Notes under the pieces: generated by a model
The model's database searches: none
What the model was told of the DNA's origin: nothing
What the model saw: only the letters and a program-made list of their open reading frames with translations
NCBI GenBank assembly: GCA_049517335.1
Contig: JBEKSD010000001.1
Location: forward strand, 92,776 to 156,775
DNA length: 64,000 nucleotides
Source of the DNA: Candidatus Omnitrophota bacterium
GTDB taxonomy: Bacteria > Omnitrophota > Gorgyraeia > Gygaellales > Profunditerraquicolaceae
Direction: 5' to 3'
Part shown: in pieces, positions 1 through 8,977 of the stretch
How the letters are laid out: each line of letters opens with the position of its first letter
Numbering within the stretch: position 1 is the stretch's first letter
Made by a program: the position numbers and the translations under genes

Positions 1-606
1 CAGGGGACATTCCTTGACATTGATTTCGGGACTTATCCATTTGTTACGTCATCATCCGCAACCAGCGGCGGAGCTTGTATAGGGACGGGCGTATCACCGG
101 TAAAAATAGATAAAGTTATCGGCGTAGCCAAGGCCTATACTACGAGGGTGGGAGAAGGGCCGTTTCCCACCGAGTTTGGGCCGGGATTCAGTAAAATAAT
201 GCGCGGAAGAGGAAAGGAATTCGGCTCTACCACAGGAAGGCCGCGCAGATGCGGCTGGTTTGACAGCCTTATGGTAAAAGAAGCAGTCATGCTAAACGGC
301 ATCACTGAGCTGGCGATTATGAAAATGGATGTTTTAGGCGGCTTGAAAACCATTAAGTTCTGCACTGCCTATAAATATAAAGGAAAGCTTTTTAAAGAAT
401 ACCCGCAGGATTTTGAAGTTTTGATGAAGGCGCAGCCTGTTTATAAGGAAATGAAAGGATGGGGGGTGAGCGTAAATAAACCCAGTAGTTACCGTCAGTT
501 ACAAGCCTGCGCGAAGGTTTATTTATCGACTTTAGAGGATATCCTTAAAACGAAAATTACCATGGTATCGGTCGGCTCGGGCCGCGAGGATACTATTTTT
601 ATATAA
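1..606 (+). CDS. purA: adenylosuccinate synthetase, C-terminal part (5' end outside window)
   Basis: The frame open from base 1 reads QGTFLDIDFGTYPFVTSS..GGACIGTG..KAYTTRVGEGPFPTEF..GSTTGRPRRCGWFD, which are hallmark PurA motifs. The ORF track only shows the 148..606 portion from its first Met. Confidence 0.9.
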   Translation, partial: QGTFLDIDFGTYPFVTSSSATSGGACIGTGVSPVKIDKVIGVAKAYTTRVGEGPFPTEFGPGFSKIMRGRGKEFGSTTGRPRRCGWFDSLMVKEAVMLNGITELAIMKMDVLGGLKTIKFCTAYKYKGKLFKEYPQDFEVLMKAQPVYKEMKGWGVSVNKPSSYRQLQACAKVYLSTLEDILKTKITMVSVGSGREDTIFI

Positions 607-611
607 AATCC

Positions 612-640
612 TTGACTATAAATTTTGCTTGTGTTATAGT
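612..640 (+). promoter_or_regulatory. sigma70-like promoter, TTGACT-17nt-TATAGT
   Basis: TTGACT at 612-617, a 17-nt spacer, then TATAGT at 635-640. The RBS AAAGGAG and the ATG at 669 follow. Confidence 0.55.
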
Positions 641-668
641 AAAATCTCAAGAAAAAAGGAGAAGTAAA

Positions 669-1328
669 ATGAAAAACAAAATCTTTAAAATGACTTTAGC
701 CGCCTTATTGACTTTAAGTTTAGCCGGCTGCACCTTTATTTTTCAGACAGGCAGGAGATCGGATACGGAGAAGATTAAGCAATTATCAAACCAGCTTGAT
801 GATTTAGCTCAGGCTAAAAAATTACTGGAAGAGCGCTTAAGCGGTGAAATTCAGGATAAACAGGTAAAATTACAGATGATGGAAAAGGGCCTGGTTATCA
901 CTGTCGTAGGAGACCTGTTGTTTAATTCAGGCAAGGCTAAGATACGACCCGAAGCTTATCCTCTGCTTAATAAAGTCGCAGCAGTCTTAAAAGAAAATAT
1001 GGCGCAGTTTCAGGTAGGCATTGAAGGCCACACCGACAATGTCCCTATTAAGCACTCTGCGTGGAAATCCAATTGGGAACTTTCCAGCGCCAGGGCTTTA
1101 AGCGTTTTACATTACCTTATTAATAAAGAAGATATTTCTCCGGATCGCCTTTCCGCAATCGGTTACGGAGAATTCCAGTCCGTGGCACCAAATGATACAA
1201 AAGAAGGCAGACAGTTGAATCGCAGGGTTGAAATAGTAATCCTGCCTCGGGCTACAAAAGTAAAAAACCCGGTCACGCCGCAACCGGCTGAGAGAGGCTT
1301 TTCAGTACCGCAGGAAAATTTAAAATAA
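669..1328 (+). CDS. OmpA/MotB-family lipoprotein with a coiled-coil linker
   Basis: A lipobox signal peptide (LTLSLAGC) follows the Met at 669. The C-terminal domain has OmpA-like motifs, NRRVEIVI and GYGE. The upstream Met at 612 lies inside the promoter. Confidence 0.75.
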   Translation: MKNKIFKMTLAALLTLSLAGCTFIFQTGRRSDTEKIKQLSNQLDDLAQAKKLLEERLSGEIQDKQVKLQMMEKGLVITVVGDLLFNSGKAKIRPEAYPLLNKVAAVLKENMAQFQVGIEGHTDNVPIKHSAWKSNWELSSARALSVLHYLINKEDISPDRLSAIGYGEFQSVAPNDTKEGRQLNRRVEIVILPRATKVKNPVTPQPAERGFSVPQENLK

Positions 1329-1346
1329 CAGAAAAAGGATATTTTA

Positions 1347-1730
1347 ATGGAAGAAAAAGTTAAGAATAAACTCATCTTCATATTGGCTGTTGTTTGCGTA
1401 TTGTTTTTAGTTCTCGCGGTAAGCTCCTGTAACGGCGCTTCGCGCCAAAAACTTGCCCGGGATAAAGAAGTGGCCGCCCGTTTTAATCTGGAAGAGAAAA
1501 TGAGTAAATTTAGTCAGGAAAAAGCGGGCTTGGATGCAGAAATCAGAGCGAAAGAAAAGGAGCTCTCCGAAGCGCGCTCTGAATTGGATGCCGTAAAAAA
1601 AGCTCTCCAGCAGGAACAGATGGTAAGCTCAAGCCTGAAAGATGAGCTTGCCACGGTTGTAAAAGTTAAGGAAGGCCTGGAAGCGGAGCTGGAAAATGTC
1701 CGGGCTAAGAATAAGAAGACTACAAGATGA
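1347..1730 (+). CDS. hypothetical coiled-coil lipoprotein
   Basis: N-terminal hydrophobic segment ending VSSC (lipobox-like), followed by a charged coiled-coil-like repeat sequence. Confidence 0.5.
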   Translation: MEEKVKNKLIFILAVVCVLFLVLAVSSCNGASRQKLARDKEVAARFNLEEKMSKFSQEKAGLDAEIRAKEKELSEARSELDAVKKALQQEQMVSSSLKDELATVVKVKEGLEAELENVRAKNKKTTR

Positions 1731-1779
1731 CTTAAAACGCACAAGGGGGAAAAAGAACGGATGAAGTAAGTTCTTTTCT

Positions 1780-1806
1780 AAGGGGGATAACAATCCCCTT
1801 TTTTAT
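1780..1806 (+). terminator. probable intrinsic terminator
   Basis: AGGGGGATAACAATCCCCT hairpin followed by TTTTTTATT, directly after the 1347..1730 ORF. Confidence 0.5.
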
Positions 1807-1822
1807 TGGCAAGGAGGAACCC

Positions 1823-2572
1823 ATGAGGGTAAAAAAAATGCTTAAGAAAAAGAAAACGGCTAAGACTAACAAGGCGCTCAGAAACAGGAAGGCAATAAAA
1901 CGCACCCATAAGAGCCGTAAGGTTCAGCTTAAAAGAAGAAAACAAATATCTCTTGTCGCAGATGAACTTACGGTTGAAAAAGCTAAATTCTTTCCGCCTC
2001 AGCCTGAGGCGCAACCTCCGAAAAAAGATTTATCCAGCGAGCTTCCTTTTAAATACGGGCAGGATAAGATTACGCTTATGGTCAGGGACCCTTCATGGTT
2101 ATACGTATGGTGGGAAGTAAAGGATTCTACTGTAGCCGGATTTGAGACGAAGTTTAAGGATATTTTCTGGCAGGCCAAAAAAGTATTGCGTGTTTACGAC
2201 GTCACTGACATTAATTTTAACGGCCGTAATGCCCACAGGTATTTTGACATTGAAGTAGGCACTTTTATAGGGAACTGGTTTATTGAAATAGGCGGCTCGG
2301 GAAGGTCATGGTGCGTGGATTTAGGGTTATTGTTCCCGGACGGCAGGTTCGTTACTATCCTACGTTCCAATACAGTTGCGACTCCCCCGGATGGTCCATC
2401 GGATGTCCTTGATGAAGAATGGATGATACCTGATTATATGTTTGCCCGTCTATATGGGATGGGTTTCGGTTTCGGAAAAAGCTCTCCTGTGGGCCAGGGC
2501 TGGCAGGAAAGATTCAGACACATCTTAAGCTCAGGGGTAAGTTCCGGAGCATCCAGTATCCTGAAAAAATAG
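1823..2572 (+). CDS. DUF4912-like protein with a lysine/arginine-rich N-terminus
   Basis: The LMVRDPSWLYVWWEV motif resembles DUF4912, which is often found next to GH57 enzymes. Roughly the first 60 residues are K/R-rich. The RBS is GGAGGAA. Confidence 0.5.
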   Translation: MRVKKMLKKKKTAKTNKALRNRKAIKRTHKSRKVQLKRRKQISLVADELTVEKAKFFPPQPEAQPPKKDLSSELPFKYGQDKITLMVRDPSWLYVWWEVKDSTVAGFETKFKDIFWQAKKVLRVYDVTDINFNGRNAHRYFDIEVGTFIGNWFIEIGGSGRSWCVDLGLLFPDGRFVTILRSNTVATPPDGPSDVLDEEWMIPDYMFARLYGMGFGFGKSSPVGQGWQERFRHILSSGVSSGASSILKK

Positions 2573-2576
2573 TACT

Positions 2577-4181
2577 TTGAATATTAAAATGCCGAAAGAT
2601 AATCATAAAGGATATTTATGCATGGTCTTGCACGGCCACCTTCCGTATGTGCGCCATCCGGAGCATGAGAATTTCCTTGAGGAGGATTGGCTGTATGAAG
2701 CAATTACCGAAACTTACATCCCATTGATTTCGGTCTTTGAAAAACTGGTTGAAGAAGGGGTAGACTTTCGTCTTACCATGACCTTAAGCCCGTCGCTTAT
2801 TTCCATGTTAAGCGACCAGCTTTTGGAGGAACGCTACCTTAAGCATATAAACAAATCCATAGAACTTGCGCATAAGGAAGTTGAGCGGACCCATGCGCAG
2901 CCCGAATTTAACCGCTTAAGCTGGATGTACCTTGATAATTTTACTCACGCCCGCAGTACCTTTGAAAAATACAACCGTAACCTAGTCTGGGCGTTCAAGA
3001 AATTCCAGGACCTAGGCAAGCTTGAAATCATTACCTGCGGCGCAACCCACGCTTATTTTCCGCTCATGGATACGCGTAGGGAATCGGTAAGGGCGCAAGT
3101 TAAGGTTGCGGTGGCTCATTACGAGAGCGTCTTCGGTAGAAAGCCTAAAGGCATCTGGCTTCCTGAATGCGGTTATCAGCCGGGGCAGGATGCGATATTA
3201 AAGGAATCCGGGATACGTTATTTCTTTACCGATTCACATGGCATATTACACGGTTCCCCGCGGCCAAAATACGGAGTGTTTGCCCCCGTGTATTGCAAAG
3301 GCACGAATGTCGCCTGCTTCGGCAGGGATCTTGAATCATCAAAACAGGTCTGGTCTTCAATTGAAGGCTACCCCGGAGATTACAATTACCGCGAGTTTTA
3401 CCGGGATATCGGGTTTGACCTTGAATACGAATATATCCGGCCCTATATACACCCCGACGGAGTAAGGATTAATACGGGGATTAAGTATTACCGTATTACC
3501 GGCTCAGGAGACAACAAGCAGCCGTATGTCCCGGAATGGGCGCGTAACAGAACAGGGGAACACGCAGGTAATTTTATGTTCAACCGTCAGAAACAGGTGG
3601 GGTATCTTTATAGCTTTATGGGGAAGAAGCCGATAATTGTTTCTCCTTATGATGCCGAGCTTTTCGGCCACTGGTGGTATGAAGGCCCGCAGTGGCTGGA
3701 TTTCCTTTTCAGGAAGATTGCTTACGATCAGGACGACTTACGTTTGATTACGCCCTCAGAATATCTGGATGAAAATCCGCGTAATCAGGTAATCACGCCG
3801 TCAATGTCAAGCTGGGGATGGAAAGGCTACAGCGAGATGTGGCTGCAGGGGTCAAATGACTGGATATACCGCCATTTACACGTGGCTTCCGATAAGATGA
3901 CCGAGCTGGCAAGGGAGTACACTAGTTGTAACGGCCTACTTAAGAGGGCATTAAACCAGGCATTGCGCGAGCTGCTCCTTGCCCAGAGCTCTGACTGGGC
4001 TTTTATCATGGGCACAGGCACGCATACAGCCTACGCGGTGCAGCGCACCAAGAACCATATTTTAAGGTTTAACCGCCTTTATGAAGATATTAAATCAAAT
4101 TCAATTGACGAACAGTGGTTAGTCGACATTGAATATAAAGACAATATATTCCCCGGAATAGATTACAAAGCACACAGTTAA
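2577..4181 (+). CDS. glycoside hydrolase family 57 (alpha-glucan branching enzyme-like)
   Basis: N-terminus GYLCMVLHGHLPYVRHPE, then EDWLYEAITETYIPLI, at a length typical of GH57 / DUF1957 enzymes. Confidence 0.8.
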   Translation: MNIKMPKDNHKGYLCMVLHGHLPYVRHPEHENFLEEDWLYEAITETYIPLISVFEKLVEEGVDFRLTMTLSPSLISMLSDQLLEERYLKHINKSIELAHKEVERTHAQPEFNRLSWMYLDNFTHARSTFEKYNRNLVWAFKKFQDLGKLEIITCGATHAYFPLMDTRRESVRAQVKVAVAHYESVFGRKPKGIWLPECGYQPGQDAILKESGIRYFFTDSHGILHGSPRPKYGVFAPVYCKGTNVACFGRDLESSKQVWSSIEGYPGDYNYREFYRDIGFDLEYEYIRPYIHPDGVRINTGIKYYRITGSGDNKQPYVPEWARNRTGEHAGNFMFNRQKQVGYLYSFMGKKPIIVSPYDAELFGHWWYEGPQWLDFLFRKIAYDQDDLRLITPSEYLDENPRNQVITPSMSSWGWKGYSEMWLQGSNDWIYRHLHVASDKMTELAREYTSCNGLLKRALNQALRELLLAQSSDWAFIMGTGTHTAYAVQRTKNHILRFNRLYEDIKSNSIDEQWLVDIEYKDNIFPGIDYKAHS

Positions 4182-4183
4182 TA

Positions 4184-4903
4184 ATGCGGCATATTAATAA
4201 AATACCCGGCCACATCGCCATTATTATGGACGGCAACGGCAGATGGGCTAAAGAGAGGCGCCTTCCCCGTACTGCCGGGCACCGCGAGGGCGTAAAAAGG
4301 ATTAAGGAAGTTGTCAAGGCTGCGGGGGATATGGGAATAAAATTCATAACGTTTTTCGCGTTTTCTACCGAAAACTGGGCTCGCTCAAAAAATGAAATAG
4401 ATATGCTGCTGCGTCTTTTGGATAATTTCCTTGAGCGCGAGGTAAAAGAGCTAGATAAGAATAATATACGTTTTCTGGTGATCGGCAGGAAAGAGCCTGT
4501 CCCGGCCGCTTTACAGAAAAAAATAGCGGCGGCGCAGGAAATGACTAAAAATAATTCAGCTATGACCGTAATCCTCGCTTTAAATTACGGCTCGCGCCAG
4601 GAGATTGTGGATGCGGCGAAGGATTTTGCAAGAGACGTAAAGAGCGGCAGGATTAGGATAGAGGATTTAGATGAGAAAGTTTTTTCCGGTTATCTTTATA
4701 CAGCCGGCATTCCGGACCCTGATCTTTTAATACGCACAAGCGGGGAGATACGCATCAGCAATTTTCTTCTCTGGCAGTTATCATATAGTGAACTTTATTT
4801 TCCCGGCATTTATTGGCCGCAGTTTAATAGAAGAGAACTTTTGAAAGCAATAAGGGAGTTTCAGGCTAGGGAGAGGAGATTTGGAAAGGCCGATGCTGTT
4901 TAA
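4184..4903 (+). CDS. uppS: undecaprenyl diphosphate synthase
   Basis: HIAIIMDGNGRWAKERRLPRTAGHREG and FSTENWARS are signature UPPS motifs. Confidence 0.9.
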   Translation: MRHINKIPGHIAIIMDGNGRWAKERRLPRTAGHREGVKRIKEVVKAAGDMGIKFITFFAFSTENWARSKNEIDMLLRLLDNFLEREVKELDKNNIRFLVIGRKEPVPAALQKKIAAAQEMTKNNSAMTVILALNYGSRQEIVDAAKDFARDVKSGRIRIEDLDEKVFSGYLYTAGIPDPDLLIRTSGEIRISNFLLWQLSYSELYFPGIYWPQFNRRELLKAIREFQARERRFGKADAV

Positions 4904-5687
4904 AAGGATAGTCAGCGCAATATTCCTTATCGGGATAATCATGGGAGTAATTTTCGTAGATTGGCTCTGCGGTTTATTTGTTACCCTTTTTATAATTATC
5001 GGACTTTATGAGTTCTTTAGCATGCTTGAAAAGAAGGGGGTCACTACCTACAAGTATGTCGGTATAGGCATGGGTATAATTATACCTCTTTCAATTGCTT
5101 TCCATTTTGAGCCGACAAAGAGCTGGGAATTGTTATTTATAGTTTTGGCCCTTCTTTTTTTAATACTCATGCAGTTTCGCAGAAGGGCAAATGACGGCGT
5201 TATTGTGGATATTTCAACCACTCTTTTCGGTATACTTTATGTTTCCTGGTTTTTTAGTTTTTTGATTAAAATAAGGTATTTACCCGGCGGACTGGGGATC
5301 CTGGGGGCGTTGTTATTAATTACGAAATTCGGGGATATAGGCGCATTTTTAGTGGGTATTTCCGTAGGGAAAACCCCGTTAATCCCGCGCATAAGCCCTA
5401 AAAAGACAGTGGAAGGGGCTTTGGGAGGAATGATTTTTAGTATTATAGCTGCGATAGCAAGCAAGCCTATGTTGCATTTTAGCTATATACATTTAATCCT
5501 GCTTGCTATCGGCTTAAGTATACTCGGCCAGTTGGGAGACCTTTCCGAATCGCTGATTAAGCGCGATTGCGGGATTAAAGATTCAGGTAAACTCCTGCCG
5601 GGCATGGGCGGTATCCTGGATGAAATTGACAGCTTGTTATTTACTGCTCCGGTGTTTTATTTCTACATGAGTATTTTTAACAGATGA
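4881..5687 (+). CDS. cdsA: phosphatidate cytidylyltransferase
   Basis: Multi-TM protein carrying the CdsA signature KKTVEGALGG..SLIKRDCGIKDSGKLLPGMGGILD. Confidence 0.85.
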   Translation: MERPMLFKRIVSAIFLIGIIMGVIFVDWLCGLFVTLFIIIGLYEFFSMLEKKGVTTYKYVGIGMGIIIPLSIAFHFEPTKSWELLFIVLALLFLILMQFRRRANDGVIVDISTTLFGILYVSWFFSFLIKIRYLPGGLGILGALLLITKFGDIGAFLVGISVGKTPLIPRISPKKTVEGALGGMIFSIIAAIASKPMLHFSYIHLILLAIGLSILGQLGDLSESLIKRDCGIKDSGKLLPGMGGILDEIDSLLFTAPVFYFYMSIFNR

Positions 5688-6838
5688 AAAATATCGCCAT
5701 ACTCGGCTCAACCGGTTCAATCGGCAGAAATGCTTTGGAAGTCATTAGGAATTTCCGGAGTGAATTCAAGGTAACGGCCTTAAGCGCGAATTCCGACGTA
5801 GATGCGCTCTATAAGCAGGCCAAAGAATTTAAGCCTAAATTTATCTGCGTAAGCGATAACTCCGCGGCCGTAAAACTAAGCTCAAGGCTGGGCTCAAGGT
5901 TTAAGGTTTTTACGGGAGAAGAAGGCTTAAAAGAGCTGGTTAAGGAAAAAATTATTGAACAGGTCTTAATCGCTATAAGCGGAAGCAGTGCGCTTATGCC
6001 CTTGCTTTCGGCTTTGGATAGCGGAAAACAAATAGCTTTAGCCAACAAAGAAGCGCTGGTTATGGCGGGAGCAATAGTCATGGAGCGCGCAAAGAAACAT
6101 AAAGCGGAAATCCTGCCGATAGACAGCGAGCAGTCGGCAATATGGCAGTGCCTGGAGGGGGAGGATAAGAATCGCTTGAGAAGCATTTATCTGACTGCTT
6201 CAGGAGGGCCTTTCAGGAAAACAGCGGAAAAAAATTTAAAGCGCATTTCCATAAGAGAGGTCTTAAAGCATCCGCGCTGGAAGATGGGTAGGAAAATTAC
6301 GGTTGATTCGGCAACCCTGATGAATAAAGGTCTAGAGCTACTGGAGGCGATGTTCCTTTTTAATATTCCGGCGGAGAAGATCAGGATACTGATTCATCCT
6401 GAGGCTATAGTGCACTCCATGGTTGAATTTAGCGACGGCGTGGTCCTAGCGCAGCTTTCAAATACCGATATGCGCATACCCATTCAATATGCGCTCACTT
6501 ACCCAAAGCGGCTTAAGAATTCTTTACCGGGGGTGAATTTTTTTAAGTTGAAAGCATTGAATTTTGAGAAACCCGATTTTAAGAAATTTCCCTGTTTGGG
6601 GTTGGCATATAAGGTAGCGGATGAACTGGGCACGGCCCCTGCGGTCATGAATGCTGCCAATGAAGCAAGCGTTGATGAGTTCCTGAAAAGGCGGCTTGCC
6701 TTTACAAAAATAAGCGTAGTCATTGAGAAGGTGCTTTCTAGGCACAAGAATGTCTCGTGCCCAGGTCTTCGTGATATACTTGAAGCAGATAAATGGGCAA
6801 GGCACGAAGCGTATAAAATCATAGGCAGTCTGAATTAA
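5684..6838 (+). CDS. dxr: 1-deoxy-D-xylulose 5-phosphate reductoisomerase
   Basis: ILGSTGSIG NADPH-binding start; ANKEALV; LPIDSEQSAIWQCL. Confidence 0.9.
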   Translation: MKNIAILGSTGSIGRNALEVIRNFRSEFKVTALSANSDVDALYKQAKEFKPKFICVSDNSAAVKLSSRLGSRFKVFTGEEGLKELVKEKIIEQVLIAISGSSALMPLLSALDSGKQIALANKEALVMAGAIVMERAKKHKAEILPIDSEQSAIWQCLEGEDKNRLRSIYLTASGGPFRKTAEKNLKRISIREVLKHPRWKMGRKITVDSATLMNKGLELLEAMFLFNIPAEKIRILIHPEAIVHSMVEFSDGVVLAQLSNTDMRIPIQYALTYPKRLKNSLPGVNFFKLKALNFEKPDFKKFPCLGLAYKVADELGTAPAVMNAANEASVDEFLKRRLAFTKISVVIEKVLSRHKNVSCPGLRDILEADKWARHEAYKIIGSLN

Positions 6839-6842
6839 ATTT

Positions 6843-7922
6843 ATGTTCACTTTACTTATTTTCATTATTATTTTAAGCGTACTTATCATAGCCCATGAAT
6901 TCGGCCATTTTTATGCCGCAAAAAGGGTGGGGGTAAGGGTAGAAAAATTTTCTTTGGGGTTCGGGCCGCAGCTGTTCAGGAAGAAAAAAGGCGATACGGA
7001 ATATAGCATTTCAGCCATTCCTTTAGGTGGGTTCGTAAAATTAGCTGGGGATAATTTGGAAGAGTATAAAGGAAAACAGGATGAGTATTTTTATAAAACT
7101 CCGGGTGAACGTTGTCAGATTATATTTGCCGGCCCTTTTCTTAATTATGTCTTGGGCTTTTTGGTTTTCTGGCTTATATTTGTTTCAGGGTACCCCACGC
7201 TAACTGCTAAGGTGGGCAGCGTGCTTGACGGCTACGGCGCAAAGGAAGCCGGGATTGAAGCAGGCGATAAAATAATGTCTGTTGACGGGGTCAATGTGGA
7301 TTATTGGGAAGATGTGCAGAGGCAGGTAGCTAACAGGCAAGCTGCTGACAAAGTAAAACTTATTATTAAACGCAACGAGCAGGTTATGTCACTGGAGGTC
7401 AAAATTAAAGAGAAAGAAGTCAGTGACCAGTTGGGCTCCAAGCGTTCAATTGGGCTAATCGGGATTACGCCTTATGATGAAATAGTCAGGGTTAGGCACG
7501 GTTTATTTTCTTCATTAATTTTAAGCACAAAGCAGGTCTGGAATATAACTTTGAGCACTTATAAGGGCCTCTGGTTCCTGATAACGGGGAAAATTTCTGT
7601 GCGTGATTCGGTAACCGGGCCTTTAGGCATATTCCTTATTACTTCAAAAGCAGCAAATATGGGTCTGGTTGCGTTGTTGCATCTGGTTGCGGTTTTAAAC
7701 ATAAGCTTGGGACTGTTTAACCTTCTGCCCTTACCGGTACTGGATGGCGGGCATATAATCTTATTGGGCATTGAGAAGATAAGGAAAAGAGCCTTGAGCC
7801 TTAAGGCTGAGGAGATAATTACAAAAATTGGACTCTCGTTGATTATCACGCTTGTGGTTTTTGTTACCTATAACGATATTTTAAGGATTTTCGGGGATAA
7901 GTTCAATAAATTCATAAAATGA
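6843..7922 (+). CDS. rseP: RIP metalloprotease RseP (site-2 protease)
   Basis: HEFGHF zinc motif, a PDZ-like middle region, and the LPLPVLDGGH motif. Confidence 0.85.
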   Translation: MFTLLIFIIILSVLIIAHEFGHFYAAKRVGVRVEKFSLGFGPQLFRKKKGDTEYSISAIPLGGFVKLAGDNLEEYKGKQDEYFYKTPGERCQIIFAGPFLNYVLGFLVFWLIFVSGYPTLTAKVGSVLDGYGAKEAGIEAGDKIMSVDGVNVDYWEDVQRQVANRQAADKVKLIIKRNEQVMSLEVKIKEKEVSDQLGSKRSIGLIGITPYDEIVRVRHGLFSSLILSTKQVWNITLSTYKGLWFLITGKISVRDSVTGPLGIFLITSKAANMGLVALLHLVAVLNISLGLFNLLPLPVLDGGHIILLGIEKIRKRALSLKAEEIITKIGLSLIITLVVFVTYNDILRIFGDKFNKFIK

Positions 7923-8977
7923 TTCGGCCAAGGCATAAGACAAGGGTAGTCAGGATAGGCAATGTTCTAATCGGAGGGAATAATCCGGTAGCCATCCAGT
8001 CTATGGCTAAGTTTAAGACCTCTGATGCCATAAGGACGCTAAAGCAAATTAAGGAGCTGGAAAACGCAGGGTGCGAAATTATCCGGGTTGCCGTTAAAGA
8101 CAGCGAAGACGCGCGTGCGATAAAGCAATTGAAACGGCAGGTAAGGATACCGATAGTCGCGGATATTCATTTTAGCTGGAAATTGGCCATTGAGTCAATT
8201 GAAAACGGCGCGGATAAAATAAGGTTGAATCCGGGTAATATCCAAAAAGAAAAAGAGGTAAAGCAGATAGTCAGCGCTTTAAAAACCGCTAAGATACCTT
8301 TGCGCATAGGCCTTAACTCAGGTTCCGTTAAAGGTGCGGGCTCAAAAAAACTTTCTATGAGCGATAAGCTTATAGAGCGCGCGCTTAGCTACATTAAAAG
8401 AATAGAGAGGTTAAAATTCCACAATCTAGTTATTTCGCTAAAGGCTAATAATGTAATGGATACGGTTGAGGCGTATAGAAAGATTTCCAAACTTTGCAAT
8501 TATCCTTTGCATCTTGGAGTTACTGCTACCGGTTCTCCCTCTAAAGGCATCATTAAGTCCAGTATTGCCTTAGGGGCTTTATTATTGGAAGGTATAGGGA
8601 ATACAATAAGGGTATCTCTTACGGAAGATCCGGTAAAAGAAGTGGAAGCTGCGCGTTGCATATTGGAAGCAGTGGGTTTAAGGAGATTCGGGCCGGATAT
8701 CGTCAGTTGTCCTACCTGCGGTAGATGCGAGGTGGATCTGGCGAAAATAGTAAGAGAATTAGAGAATTCGTTATCCGGTTCTACCAGCAAACCGATAAAA
8801 TTGGCAGTCATGGGGTGCGTTGTCAACGGCCCCGGAGAAGCAATGGAGGCGGATATCGGAGTTGCTTTCGGAAAAAAAGAAGGCATGCTTTTTAAAAAGG
8901 GCAGGGCCGTAGCTAAAGTTTCATTCGAGAACTGCGCAAAAGTCCTGCTTAGCGAAATGGAGAAGCTCAATGGTTAG
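7919..8977 (+). CDS. ispG: 4-hydroxy-3-methylbut-2-enyl diphosphate synthase
   Basis: VRIGNVLIGG start, the RINPGN motif, and the CPTCGRC [4Fe-4S] motif. Confidence 0.9.
   Translation: MIRPRHKTRVVRIGNVLIGGNNPVAIQSMAKFKTSDAIRTLKQIKELENAGCEIIRVAVKDSEDARAIKQLKRQVRIPIVADIHFSWKLAIESIENGADKIRLNPGNIQKEKEVKQIVSALKTAKIPLRIGLNSGSVKGAGSKKLSMSDKLIERALSYIKRIERLKFHNLVISLKANNVMDTVEAYRKISKLCNYPLHLGVTATGSPSKGIIKSSIALGALLLEGIGNTIRVSLTEDPVKEVEAARCILEAVGLRRFGPDIVSCPTCGRCEVDLAKIVRELENSLSGSTSKPIKLAVMGCVVNGPGEAMEADIGVAFGKKEGMLFKKGRAVAKVSFENCAKVLLSEMEKLNG

Noticed and set aside
612-668. Track start at 612 for the OmpA-like gene
   Set aside because: The Met at 612 coincides with the -35 hexamer. The Met at 669 has an RBS and begins a lipoprotein signal peptide.
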